Positions 1 to 7,806 of a stretch of DNA of 44,468 bases are shown piece after piece. The translations under genes were made by a program, and so were the position numbers. Every line of letters starts with the position of its first letter. Position 1 is the stretch's first letter. The notes under the pieces were generated by a model that made no database searches, was not told the DNA's origin, and saw only the letters and a list, made by a program, of their open reading frames with translations. Origin of the DNA: a virus (taxonomy: Duplodnaviria > Caudoviricetes); the IMG/VR virus record IMGVR_UViG_3300027828_000046, positions 1-44,468 of that record. One strand, written 5' to 3'.

Positions 1-96
1 ATATTTCTTTCCATTTTTCTCACTCTAGGATATAAATTCATATGTTTCCATATTTTTGTTTTTTCCATTTTAGTCACCCACTTATATATATTTATG

Positions 97-156
97 TACT
101 TCCATATTTATAAAGCTTTCTATTTTAAAAGGGAAAGCTTTATAAATATAGAAGTA
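97..156. promoter_or_regulatory. Back-to-back (divergent) archaeal promoters forming a 24-bp inverted repeat
   Basis: tacttccatatttataaagctttc (97-120) and gaaagctttataaatatagaagta (133-156); each arm is a BRE-like GAAAG plus TATA box TTTATAAA, followed downstream by GGTGA and an ATG. Confidence 0.85.
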
Positions 157-184
157 TATGTATACATATCAAAGGGTGATAAAA

Positions 185-496
185 ATGACAGATTTACAAG
201 AAGTTGCAAAAACAATAGTTAACCAAATAATGGCTATAGACAAATGGGCTTTAGGTGCTTGGGGTTATAATAAACCTATGGTATATACTAAAGATGGGAA
301 ACCTACTTTAGGATTTAGATGTAGTGGGACAAAAGTTAGAAAAGGTGGATTTTGTGAAATTAGTTTAAATGAAGCACAAGATTTATATGAAGTTAAATTG
401 TTTAGAATAATTGGTTTAAATCAAACTACATTAGGAGCAAAAACAGAAGTTTTTTGGGAAGATTTAGTGAATGTTTGTGATGAGTTAATTGGGTAA
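185..496 (+). CDS. Early hypothetical protein (103 aa)
   Basis: Start moved to ATG at 185, after RBS gggtgat; a variant copy lies at 44055-44366. Confidence 0.85.
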   Translation: MTDLQEVAKTIVNQIMAIDKWALGAWGYNKPMVYTKDGKPTLGFRCSGTKVRKGGFCEISLNEAQDLYEVKLFRIIGLNQTTLGAKTEVFWEDLVNVCDELIG

Positions 497-497
497 A

Positions 498-692
498 ATG
501 GTAGATTATAAACAAATAGCAGAATTAAAAATTAAAATAGAAGATTTAAAATTAAAAATTAATATTTTGAAAAGAGATAGAAATAATAATAAACTTAATA
601 AATATACTAATAATATAATAAATGAAAAAATTGATGATTTAGTGGATGAATTGGAAAATTCAAAAGATTTATTAACAATATTATCAGATTAA
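498..692 (+). CDS. Small coiled-coil hypothetical protein
   Basis: TAA-A-ATG junction with the upstream gene; heptad-like Leu/Ile pattern. Confidence 0.75.
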   Translation: MVDYKQIAELKIKIEDLKLKINILKRDRNNNKLNKYTNNIINEKIDDLVDELENSKDLLTILSD

Positions 693-693
693 A

Positions 694-1125
694 ATGGTAA
701 ATAATTATAAATTAGGAAAAAAACATATGACAAGAATTGAAAATGCAAGAATGTTTAAACTACATGAAGGTGTTAAACATAATCTTGAATTTATTTTGGA
801 ACCACATATGGATATTTCTGGAACAGAAGTGGCAGCTAGAGATGAATATGGAAATTTAAAAACAGAAGCTGATTATTATGGCATTAAAAAAAAAACAGCT
901 TATATTATAGAAGTTAAAGTAAATTATAGTAAAAAAAATAAACAAAAAGCAATGGAACAAACAGCTTTATTTTATGAATATTATGTTAAAAATTTTGAAA
1001 AAACATTTAATACTGAATTTGATAAAGTTGTATTAATGATGGCCCATAGTGAAGGAATCAAAACATTAAGAATTTATAATAAAAATATAAGAAGGGGTAT
1101 GAGTGAAAAAGTATATCAAAAATAG
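694..1125 (+). CDS. PD-(D/E)xK family nuclease
   Basis: EADYY...IIEVK...KAMEQ pattern (D, ExK and downstream Q helix). Confidence 0.65.
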   Translation: MVNNYKLGKKHMTRIENARMFKLHEGVKHNLEFILEPHMDISGTEVAARDEYGNLKTEADYYGIKKKTAYIIEVKVNYSKKNKQKAMEQTALFYEYYVKNFEKTFNTEFDKVVLMMAHSEGIKTLRIYNKNIRRGMSEKVYQK

Positions 1126-1180
1126 AAAGCTTTATAAATATGGAAGTATATGTATATATATCAAAGGGTGATAAAAAATG
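1125..1180 (+). promoter_or_regulatory. Repeated early promoter + RBS cassette
   Basis: gaaagctttataaatatggaagtatatgtatatatatcaaagggtgataaaaaatg is nearly identical to 133-187. Confidence 0.85.
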
Positions 1181-1360
1181 GAAAATAGACCAAAGTTAAA
1201 AATAATAGGAAAAGATGGTAATGCTTTTTTTATATTAGGTACTGCTCAAAGAGTTGCAAGAGAAAATGATATGGATTGGGATAGTATTTATAAAGAAGCT
1301 ACAAGCGATGATTATAATCATTTATTAAGAACTATGATGAAACATTTTGAGGTTTGTTAA
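1178..1360 (+). CDS. Small hypothetical protein with GxDGNAFxIxG motif
   Basis: Preceded by promoter and GGTGA RBS; motif recalled from small mobile-element proteins of unknown function. Confidence 0.8.
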   Translation: MENRPKLKIIGKDGNAFFILGTAQRVARENDMDWDSIYKEATSDDYNHLLRTMMKHFEVC

Positions 1361-1603
1361 ATGATAAACAATAATGTTTATTACGATAAAAAATTTAAAA
1401 GATTTATTCAAGTAAGACAGCCAATCAGAGATGGTTGGATTTGTGGTGGTCTTTGTAAATATTATGATGATGCTATTACAAATATTCAAAGTATTAGAAT
1501 ATCTGGAGAACATATTAATAAAAATTTTCTTAAAGTTGATTTCATTGATGAATGTCAATTTGCAAAATTTGATGGAATTGGTTGGAGAGTTATTGAAGAA
1601 TGA
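1361..1603 (+). CDS. Hypothetical protein
   Basis: Abuts the upstream stop and overlaps the next ATG (ATGA). Confidence 0.7.
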   Translation: MINNNVYYDKKFKRFIQVRQPIRDGWICGGLCKYYDDAITNIQSIRISGEHINKNFLKVDFIDECQFAKFDGIGWRVIEE

Positions 1604-1800
1604 TAAAAGCAAAATTAATAAATGTTGAAATAATAAGAAAAGCTATTGCAAATTATATGGGTTCAGAAGGTTGTAGTTGTTGTAGAAGTAATAATCATGA
1701 AGATAATAAAAAAGTAATTGCTGAACTTTTAGAAGTTCCAATGTTTGATGATGAATCTGGATATGATTTTTATAAATTTATGGATAAAAAAAATGGATAA
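1600..1800 (+). CDS. Hypothetical protein with CSCC motif
   Basis: ATGA-coupled ORF; EGCSCC...H possible metal site. Confidence 0.75.
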   Translation: MIKAKLINVEIIRKAIANYMGSEGCSCCRSNNHEDNKKVIAELLEVPMFDDESGYDFYKFMDKKNG

Positions 1801-2827
1801 TAAAAAATTTAAACCAATGTTAGGTGTTGAGGCACCAGAAGATAAAACTGAAATTAATTTTCCAGTTATTGCAAGTTTTAAACTTGATGGAATTAGAGCA
1901 ATTTTTCATCCAGAATTAGGATTAGTTAGTAGAAGTTTAAAACCTATTAAAAATAAACAACTAAGAGAAAAATTTTCAGATTTAATTAAATATTCTAAAG
2001 AAAATAATATTATTTTAGATGGAGAATTTTATGAACATGATTTAACATTTCAACAAATCACTAGTTTAGTAATGACTGAAAATTTTATGGAACCAAAAAC
2101 AATTAGTAAATTAGTTAAATCAAATAATGAAACATTATTAAATATGTATGATATGAGAATAGATTTAAAATTTAACACTCCACTTAAATATCATATTTTT
2201 GATTGGTTAGATTTAAAATATGGAAATGAAAAAGCTTTTTTTAATGAAAGAAGTTTTGATATAAATTATTATCTTAAAAATACAAATCACATCAGAATAG
2301 TAAATCAAGTGTTAGTTAATACGTCAGAAGAACTTGATGAATTATTTGAAAAAGCAATTAATAATGATTATGAAGGTTTAATTATTAGAAATCCAGAATC
2401 TCCGTATAAATTTGGACGTTCAACTGTTAAAGAACAAGGAATGCTAAAATATAAACCGTTTGTTACTTATGACGCAAAAATTATTGATGTGACAGAAAGA
2501 TTTGAAAATACTAATGAATCTTTTAAGAATGAATTGGGACAAAGTACTAAAAGAAATACTATTGATAATAAAAAAGGAACTGGAATTGCTTCAGCTTTTG
2601 TTGTAAGATTGATGCAAATAGAAGAAACAAATTATGATTTACCATATAAACCAAAATTTAATGAACTTAAGGTGACTTTGACGGGAAATGAAGACTTCAG
2701 ACGTGAAATCTGGGACAATAAAGAAAATTATGTAGGTAAGATGATAGAATTTAAAGGAATGGACGTGGGGTCTAAAAATGTTCCTCGTCATCCAACTTTT
2801 TTAAGATTTAGGGAGGATAGACAATGA
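1793..2827 (+). CDS. lig: ATP-dependent DNA ligase
   Basis: Motifs I KLDGIR, III LDGEFY, IIIa YHIFD, IV YEGLIIR, V LKYKP, VI PRHPTFLRFREDR; start moved to MDNKK at 1793. Confidence 0.95.
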   Translation: MDNKKFKPMLGVEAPEDKTEINFPVIASFKLDGIRAIFHPELGLVSRSLKPIKNKQLREKFSDLIKYSKENNIILDGEFYEHDLTFQQITSLVMTENFMEPKTISKLVKSNNETLLNMYDMRIDLKFNTPLKYHIFDWLDLKYGNEKAFFNERSFDINYYLKNTNHIRIVNQVLVNTSEELDELFEKAINNDYEGLIIRNPESPYKFGRSTVKEQGMLKYKPFVTYDAKIIDVTERFENTNESFKNELGQSTKRNTIDNKKGTGIASAFVVRLMQIEETNYDLPYKPKFNELKVTLTGNEDFRREIWDNKENYVGKMIEFKGMDVGSKNVPRHPTFLRFREDRQ

Positions 2828-3105
2828 TAGAAAAAAAAATTAAAGATTTATTAGAAAAAGATACATATGATGCTCCAATTTTTGGAATTGGTTGTGATTG
2901 TGGTGATTCAATTAATAATTTAATTGGAGATTATGAAGAATATTTTTTGCAATATTCTTATGATTTAGAAAAATCTTGTAAACCTTTATTATCTGTTGGA
3001 AATAATGATAGTGATTATTTAATTATGATGAAGTATAAAATAGACCATAAAACACATATGCACAATTTATTTGAATATAAGCAATTTAGGGAAAGGCATT
3101 TATAA
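2824..3105 (+). CDS. Hypothetical protein
   Basis: ATGA overlap with the ligase stop; ends at the next promoter cassette. Confidence 0.7.
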   Translation: MIEKKIKDLLEKDTYDAPIFGIGCDCGDSINNLIGDYEEYFLQYSYDLEKSCKPLLSVGNNDSDYLIMMKYKIDHKTHMHNLFEYKQFRERHL

Positions 3106-3178
3106 AGCTTTCCATTTAAAATAGATAGCTTTATAAATATGGAAGTATATAAATATATATAAGTGGGTGATTAAAATG
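3098..3178. repeat. About 80-bp promoter/RBS cassette, inverted copy of 66-147 and 43936-44017
   Basis: Reverse complement of 43936-44017 matches with 4 substitutions and 1 indel; includes both TATA boxes and gtgggtga-taaaatg. Confidence 0.9.
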
Positions 3179-3385
3179 ATACAAAAATCAAAAGCTAAAA
3201 AAGATAATTGGGTTGTCTGGATTGGTAACAATGCACTGGGTAATTTATTAGTAAACAAAATTACATCAGTACGTGGTGGTAATATAAGGATTTTATTAAA
3301 TTCTTATGTTAGACCTATCATAAATAATGAAAGTATAGTTAAAATTTTTGATAGTGAAGAAGAAGCGTATGATTTTATACAATAG
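3176..3385 (+). CDS. Early hypothetical protein
   Basis: ATG at 3176 after promoter and gggtgat RBS. Confidence 0.75.
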   Translation: MIQKSKAKKDNWVVWIGNNALGNLLVNKITSVRGGNIRILLNSYVRPIINNESIVKIFDSEEEAYDFIQ

Positions 3386-3394
3386 GTGATTAAA

Positions 3395-3529
3395 ATGACA
3401 GAAGGAAAAAAATTTCAAGACATGAGCAGGGATTTAATGCCACAAATTGAAGGTGAACCTTTTGAACTATTAATTTGTGGATGTATTGAGGCTATTGAAG
3501 AGGCCTATAAATATGAGGGTGAATTATAA
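3395..3529 (+). CDS. Small acidic protein (44 aa, MTEGKKFQ...), not in the ORF track
   Basis: aggtgattaaaATG RBS context; open frame to TAA at 3527-3529. Confidence 0.65.
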   Translation: MTEGKKFQDMSRDLMPQIEGEPFELLICGCIEAIEEAYKYEGEL

Positions 3530-3673
3530 ATGGGTTGGTCAAACAAAAAATCTGATGGATTTAAATTCTTATCAGATAAAAAAATTGACCAAATCATAAA
3601 TAAATATTCAAATGATTTTAAAGATATTAATCAAAATAATCAAAATAATATTAAGAAAAATGACAATCAATAA
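3530..3673 (+). CDS. Small protein (47 aa, MGWSNKKS...), not in the ORF track
   Basis: gagggtga upstream; abuts the previous stop and overlaps the HD-GYP start. Confidence 0.55.
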   Translation: MGWSNKKSDGFKFLSDKKIDQIINKYSNDFKDINQNNQNNIKKNDNQ

Positions 3674-4205
3674 ATTATTAAATAGGCTAAAAGAACATGA
3701 TATGATAACATATGAACATTCTATGAGAGTTGGGAGATTGAGTAGTATTGTAGGTCGTGAAATTGGTCTCACCAGGAGTGATATTCAACATCTTTTTGTT
3801 GTTGGTAGTTTACATGACATTGGAAAACTAAAAATAAGTCCAGAATTATTAAATAGTGGTGAATTAACTAAAGAACAGTTTGAAGAAATGAAAAAACATC
3901 CACAATATTCATTGGATATTTTAAAAGACTATACTAAATTAATCCCATCAGAATATTATAGTGGAATTATTGGGCATCATGAATGGAAAAAAGAAGGCTA
4001 TCCTAGAAAAAAACCTAGACAAACAGCTCATTCACATTTGGACCAAATTGTAGCTAGTTGTGATATTGTTGACGCTTTATTTAGTAAAAGAAGTTATAAA
4101 TCTGCAATGTCTAAAAAAATTGTAAAAGAAATAGCTGAAATGGAATTTACTGGAAATAAATATTATTTAGAAAAATCTATTGATTTATATTCCAAAATTA
4201 CTTAA
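3660..4205 (+). CDS. Stand-alone HD-GYP domain phosphodiesterase
   Basis: EHSMRV, LHDIGK, HPQYS, HHEWKKEGYP, DIVDAL..KRSYK motifs; start moved to 3660. Confidence 0.9.
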   Translation: MTINKLLNRLKEHDMITYEHSMRVGRLSSIVGREIGLTRSDIQHLFVVGSLHDIGKLKISPELLNSGELTKEQFEEMKKHPQYSLDILKDYTKLIPSEYYSGIIGHHEWKKEGYPRKKPRQTAHSHLDQIVASCDIVDALFSKRSYKSAMSKKIVKEIAEMEFTGNKYYLEKSIDLYSKIT

Positions 4206-4505
4206 AAAAACATTTATCAAATATGCAATAGCTGAAATAACCGAAATGATTGCACCAAATATTGTTGAATATTTCAATATTTTTTTTTCAACTGTTGAAA
4301 CTCTATTATTTAAATCTTTCATTGCTTTATCAAAATAATTACATCTTGCTTTTAAACTTTCAATATCTTTTTTTGTCAGTGCATTATTTACATTTTGTTG
4401 ATTCATTATCCGCATTAACTCCTTTATATCTTTTTGCATCTCATCAAATTTTTCTGACATTGTTCTAAATCCAGTTTTTAGTTCTATAATATCATTTGAG
4501 TTCAT
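4185..4505 (-). CDS. Coiled-coil protein with C-terminal transmembrane segment (holin/XhlA-like candidate)
   Basis: Long heptad region followed by hydrophobic IFGAIISVISAIAYLINVFL; last gene of the late block. Confidence 0.6.
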   Translation of the reverse strand: MNSNDIIELKTGFRTMSEKFDEMQKDIKELMRIMNQQNVNNALTKKDIESLKARCNYFDKAMKDLNNRVSTVEKKILKYSTIFGAIISVISAIAYLINVFLSNFGI

Positions 4506-4894
4506 TTTATTTTAATTATTCCCATTAATATATAAATCGGAGTAAATAATGAAACAATAAAATAATATCTCAAAATTCTCTTCTTTAATTTTTCTTTAAT
4601 ATCTTTTGGTAATTTACTTTTTTCTAAAAGTGTTACCATATCTAGTAAGAAAATTGCGTCCACTACAGTTTTTTCAAAAATATTCAATTCACAACTATAA
4701 TTCAAATCATGTTTAAAACATGCCTCATTAAATGGGAATACAACCCCTAATTTTTCAAGATAATTTTTAATCTTGCTCAAAAACTTTTGATGAATATACA
4801 TACCACAATAATATTGTGATTTATCAAAACCATATTTTTTTAATTGTGTTTTGTTTGTAACATCCAATTTTAATAATTTTTTATCTAATACCAT
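4502..4894 (-). CDS. Phospholipase A2-like (HD motif) protein with C-terminal hydrophobic segment
   Basis: YYCG...FNEACFKHDLNY...VDAIFLLDM fits the PLA2-type CG / CxxHDxxY / D pattern; likely start MVLDKK at 4894. Confidence 0.55.
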   Translation of the reverse strand: MVLDKKLLKLDVTNKTQLKKYGFDKSQYYCGMYIHQKFLSKIKNYLEKLGVVFPFNEACFKHDLNYSCELNIFEKTVVDAIFLLDMVTLLEKSKLPKDIKEKLKKRILRYYFIVSLFTPIYILMGIIKIK

Positions 4895-4896
4895 TT

Positions 4897-5409
4897 TTAA
4901 ATTCCCATTACCCAACTTTCTCCAACTATTGCATTTGCTGAACTTACATCTGTTTGTATAGCACCCAAATATACATAAATTTTAATATTAAAACCATTTG
5001 TCTTTTCCAAGGCAGTAGGTTCATAATAATATTGCAATATTTCATCTATAATAACAGTTAAAACATCATCTTGTAATGAAACCCTATTTGTAAATGTTTT
5101 TTTTGTTGTTTCAAAACCAGTTTCACCTATGTCAATTCTAAGATAATATAATTGTGCTCCACGATTAAGATAAATTACTTGATTATGTTTTTTTTCAATT
5201 TTAACTTCAATAAAACTTTCAACATCTCCTGCAGATATTGCATGAGTTGCAACTAAAGTTGGTGTAGTAGTGTTATTGCTACCACCTGTTGCATCACTTG
5301 TAAATTGATGATAAGTAGATGCTTTAAAGGTGTCATTCATATCAGTTGAACTTGTTCCGGAACCTGAAGCAATCGCCGTTCCGCCTGTTATTGGATTTTT
5401 ATTTGCCAT
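4897..5409 (-). CDS. Minor tail/structural protein
   Basis: Position at the distal end of the tail module; Gly/Ser/Thr-rich N-terminus. Confidence 0.55.
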   Translation of the reverse strand: MANKNPITGGTAIASGSGTSSTDMNDTFKASTYHQFTSDATGGSNNTTTPTLVATHAISAGDVESFIEVKIEKKHNQVIYLNRGAQLYYLRIDIGETGFETTKKTFTNRVSLQDDVLTVIIDEILQYYYEPTALEKTNGFNIKIYVYLGAIQTDVSSANAIVGESWVMGI

Positions 5410-5412
5410 TTT

Positions 5413-5937
5413 CTAATTTGTGAATATTATCCTCCAAATAAATTTTATTGAGATTGTTGCGTCTTTAACTTTTCCACCAGAACTTAATAATACATCAGAA
5501 TAATTTAATAATTTCCATTCATGTGTTGACTCATCTGGGTCTAATGGATTATAATTCAATAAAGTTGTTGTTGGCCCATGACCAATTAATCCAACCTTTT
5601 TAATTGTTCCATTTCCTTCAGCTGGATTTAAATTTAATGTATTAACAACTTCAAATCCACCTGTAATTGCATCAACTGTTTGTACATCAATTGCAAATCT
5701 TTCATATTCACCCTCAACAATAGTATCAGAACGAGCGGCAACAGAAGAACCAGAACCAACAGCAAAAAATCCCATAGGATAACCAGAACTAGAACCTATT
5801 AATAATTGAGCAATATTTTGGTCTCCAACGCTGGTTATAAGATTTTTTTTCTTAAATACTTCAACCCAATTAATTCCATCTTTACTTTCATAACATTCTA
5901 ATATTCCAGTTATTTTTTTAAAATCTTTAATTTCCAT
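5413..5937 (-). CDS. Tail tip / fibre attachment protein
   Basis: KKNLITSVG...FAVGSG...EGNGTIKKVGL pattern recalled from tail-fibre N-terminal/baseplate proteins. Confidence 0.6.
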   Translation of the reverse strand: MEIKDFKKITGILECYESKDGINWVEVFKKKNLITSVGDQNIAQLLIGSSSGYPMGFFAVGSGSSVAARSDTIVEGEYERFAIDVQTVDAITGGFEVVNTLNLNPAEGNGTIKKVGLIGHGPTTTLLNYNPLDPDESTHEWKLLNYSDVLLSSGGKVKDATISIKFIWRIIFTN

Positions 5938-5940
5938 CGT

Positions 5941-5977
5941 TTAATTATAATATATTTTTTATTATTTATATAACTTC
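5941..5977 (-). promoter_or_regulatory. Late-type TATA promoter
   Basis: Minus strand gaagttatataaataataaaaaatatatt, about 25 nt before the ATG at 5937. Confidence 0.5.
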
Positions 5978-7481
5978 ACAAAAATTGTGTCTCTGTGCCT
6001 TCACCAGTATCATATGTTGTTCCATCATCCCAATCAGAAATGTCCCAAAATGCTCTCGTTCCTATTGGTATTTCAAACCCTGTTAGATTTTCTAATATAT
6101 CTAATATATCTTGAAATATTAAACCATCTTTTAAAATATCATCAGTATCAACTTTTTTTAATTTATCTAGCTCTTTAGAAAGTTCAATAATTTTTTTAGC
6201 ATTCTCATCTAATACTTGAGCAAGTTCAAAAGAAACTTCATAATCTTCTGTAATTGTTTCAGTAAAACCAACAATAATATGTTCACCATTAAATCTACCA
6301 GTTAATAACTCTAATGTTTCATACCATTCAAATTCATTTGTTATTAATGCTGATTCTATTGCACCTTTAACTTGTATTACTAAAAGTTTTGCAAGTGTAT
6401 TTTTTGCAAGTGATTCAGCTCTGTCTTGTGTTAAAATAGTTGGGTCTTTTATTACAAATTCTTTTAATTTAGTTGCAAGTGGGTCTTGTTCTTTCCACCA
6501 TACACCGGTTTTAAAATTGTTTCTAATATCTACAGTTTGACCATTTGTAATTGTTAATAATTTTACAAATCTTTTATCAGATGTTAATTCCCAATCAACC
6601 CCTTCTGTTTTTATTATGCCATTAAATTTAACCCATACAATTTCATCAACAACATTAGATAAAGTAATTAATGTTGAATCTCCTGTATTCCATGTTATTT
6701 GGTCTTCATCAAAATCTGTTGTTGTTTCACTACCACCAATAACTGTTATTGAATTTTTTATTGATAATCTTGATTCTCTCAATTTATTAGACCCTCTTTT
6801 AACATTTCCACCAATACCATCAGCCAAAGTAATTCCAGAAGAACCTTTATTACTATCAAATATTATAGCAACATTATTTGGATTTATATCTAAAATCCAG
6901 GTTGTTTCTCTTTGTAAATCTTCAAAATGTTCATCTAATCTTTGAGATTCTGCTTTTACTTCGTCTATTATATAACCAGTTGAAACATTAATTCCAGACA
7001 CATCAACTTCAGGAACTTTTTCAATTAATACATTTTTTATATGTTGACCAAAATCAATATTAGTTGCAACACCTGTCCAATATCTATCTATTAAAATTGA
7101 ATTTCTTCCAGTACAAGTTATTGTTAAATTTTTATTGTCTGAATCCGGTGATACTTCAATAATCTCACCACCAAATCTTTTAGATTCATTTGTACCATCA
7201 ATTTTAACAAAAAATTGCACATCATTTCCTTCAGTAAATTCATTATCATATAAACCGGTACCATTATCTAATTTAAAATTGAATATAGAAATTTTATTCT
7301 TTTTAGTATGTACTAAATCAAAAGCTTTTTTTAATATTGTCAAACCACCAATTGATGATAAAGTTGATGGAACAGTAAAAGGCACAGTTAAACCCCATAC
7401 ACTTCCACTACTTAAACTATTACCAAAATTTATATAAGAACCATCATCCTTTTGAATTTGTATCCTATATTCATAGACCAT
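5976..7481 (-). CDS. Baseplate hub / tail tip protein
   Basis: 501 aa downstream of the tape measure gene; RFGGEI, NSITVIGG and DPTILTQDRAESLA segments resemble hub proteins. Confidence 0.65.
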   Translation of the reverse strand: MVYEYRIQIQKDDGSYINFGNSLSSGSVWGLTVPFTVPSTLSSIGGLTILKKAFDLVHTKKNKISIFNFKLDNGTGLYDNEFTEGNDVQFFVKIDGTNESKRFGGEIIEVSPDSDNKNLTITCTGRNSILIDRYWTGVATNIDFGQHIKNVLIEKVPEVDVSGINVSTGYIIDEVKAESQRLDEHFEDLQRETTWILDINPNNVAIIFDSNKGSSGITLADGIGGNVKRGSNKLRESRLSIKNSITVIGGSETTTDFDEDQITWNTGDSTLITLSNVVDEIVWVKFNGIIKTEGVDWELTSDKRFVKLLTITNGQTVDIRNNFKTGVWWKEQDPLATKLKEFVIKDPTILTQDRAESLAKNTLAKLLVIQVKGAIESALITNEFEWYETLELLTGRFNGEHIIVGFTETITEDYEVSFELAQVLDENAKKIIELSKELDKLKKVDTDDILKDGLIFQDILDILENLTGFEIPIGTRAFWDISDWDDGTTYDTGEGTETQFL

Positions 7482-7805
7482 TTAAATATCCTCACTAAAT
7501 ATTAAAGTATATTTGATAAAATCATGATTTTTTCTAAGTGGGTCTAAACTATCAATTGAAACATTGGTATATGAATCACCCCATTTATCAATAAATGTTA
7601 AACCTGAAGTTCCAACTAAAGCCTCTATTTGTTTATATGCTGCTTCTGATTTTACATAACCATTAATAGTCCATGAATTATTTGTTAAACCAATATTAGT
7701 TTTAATAACTCTTGAATATCCAGCAATAGGATTTGTTTTTTTTAAAGCAGATACCTTTTTTTTATCATCACTAACATTTAAAGTTACACCACCCAAACTA
7801 ACCAT
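7482..7805 (-). CDS. Distal tail protein-like
   Basis: Small beta-rich protein immediately before the hub gene. Confidence 0.5.
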   Translation of the reverse strand: MVSLGGVTLNVSDDKKKVSALKKTNPIAGYSRVIKTNIGLTNNSWTINGYVKSEAAYKQIEALVGTSGLTFIDKWGDSYTNVSIDSLDPLRKNHDFIKYTLIFSEDI

Positions 7806-7806
7806 T

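Larger units (their letters stand above)
1..598 (+). repeat. Terminal direct repeat / circular overlap, left copy
   Basis: Aligns without gaps to 43871-44468 with 16 mismatches, all within 116-471. Confidence 0.97.

Noticed and set aside
116-471. Diversity-generating retroelement (TR/VR pair) explaining the mismatched end repeats
   Set aside because: Mismatches are not adenine-specific (C/T, G/T, G/C and T/C occur) and no reverse transcriptase is present
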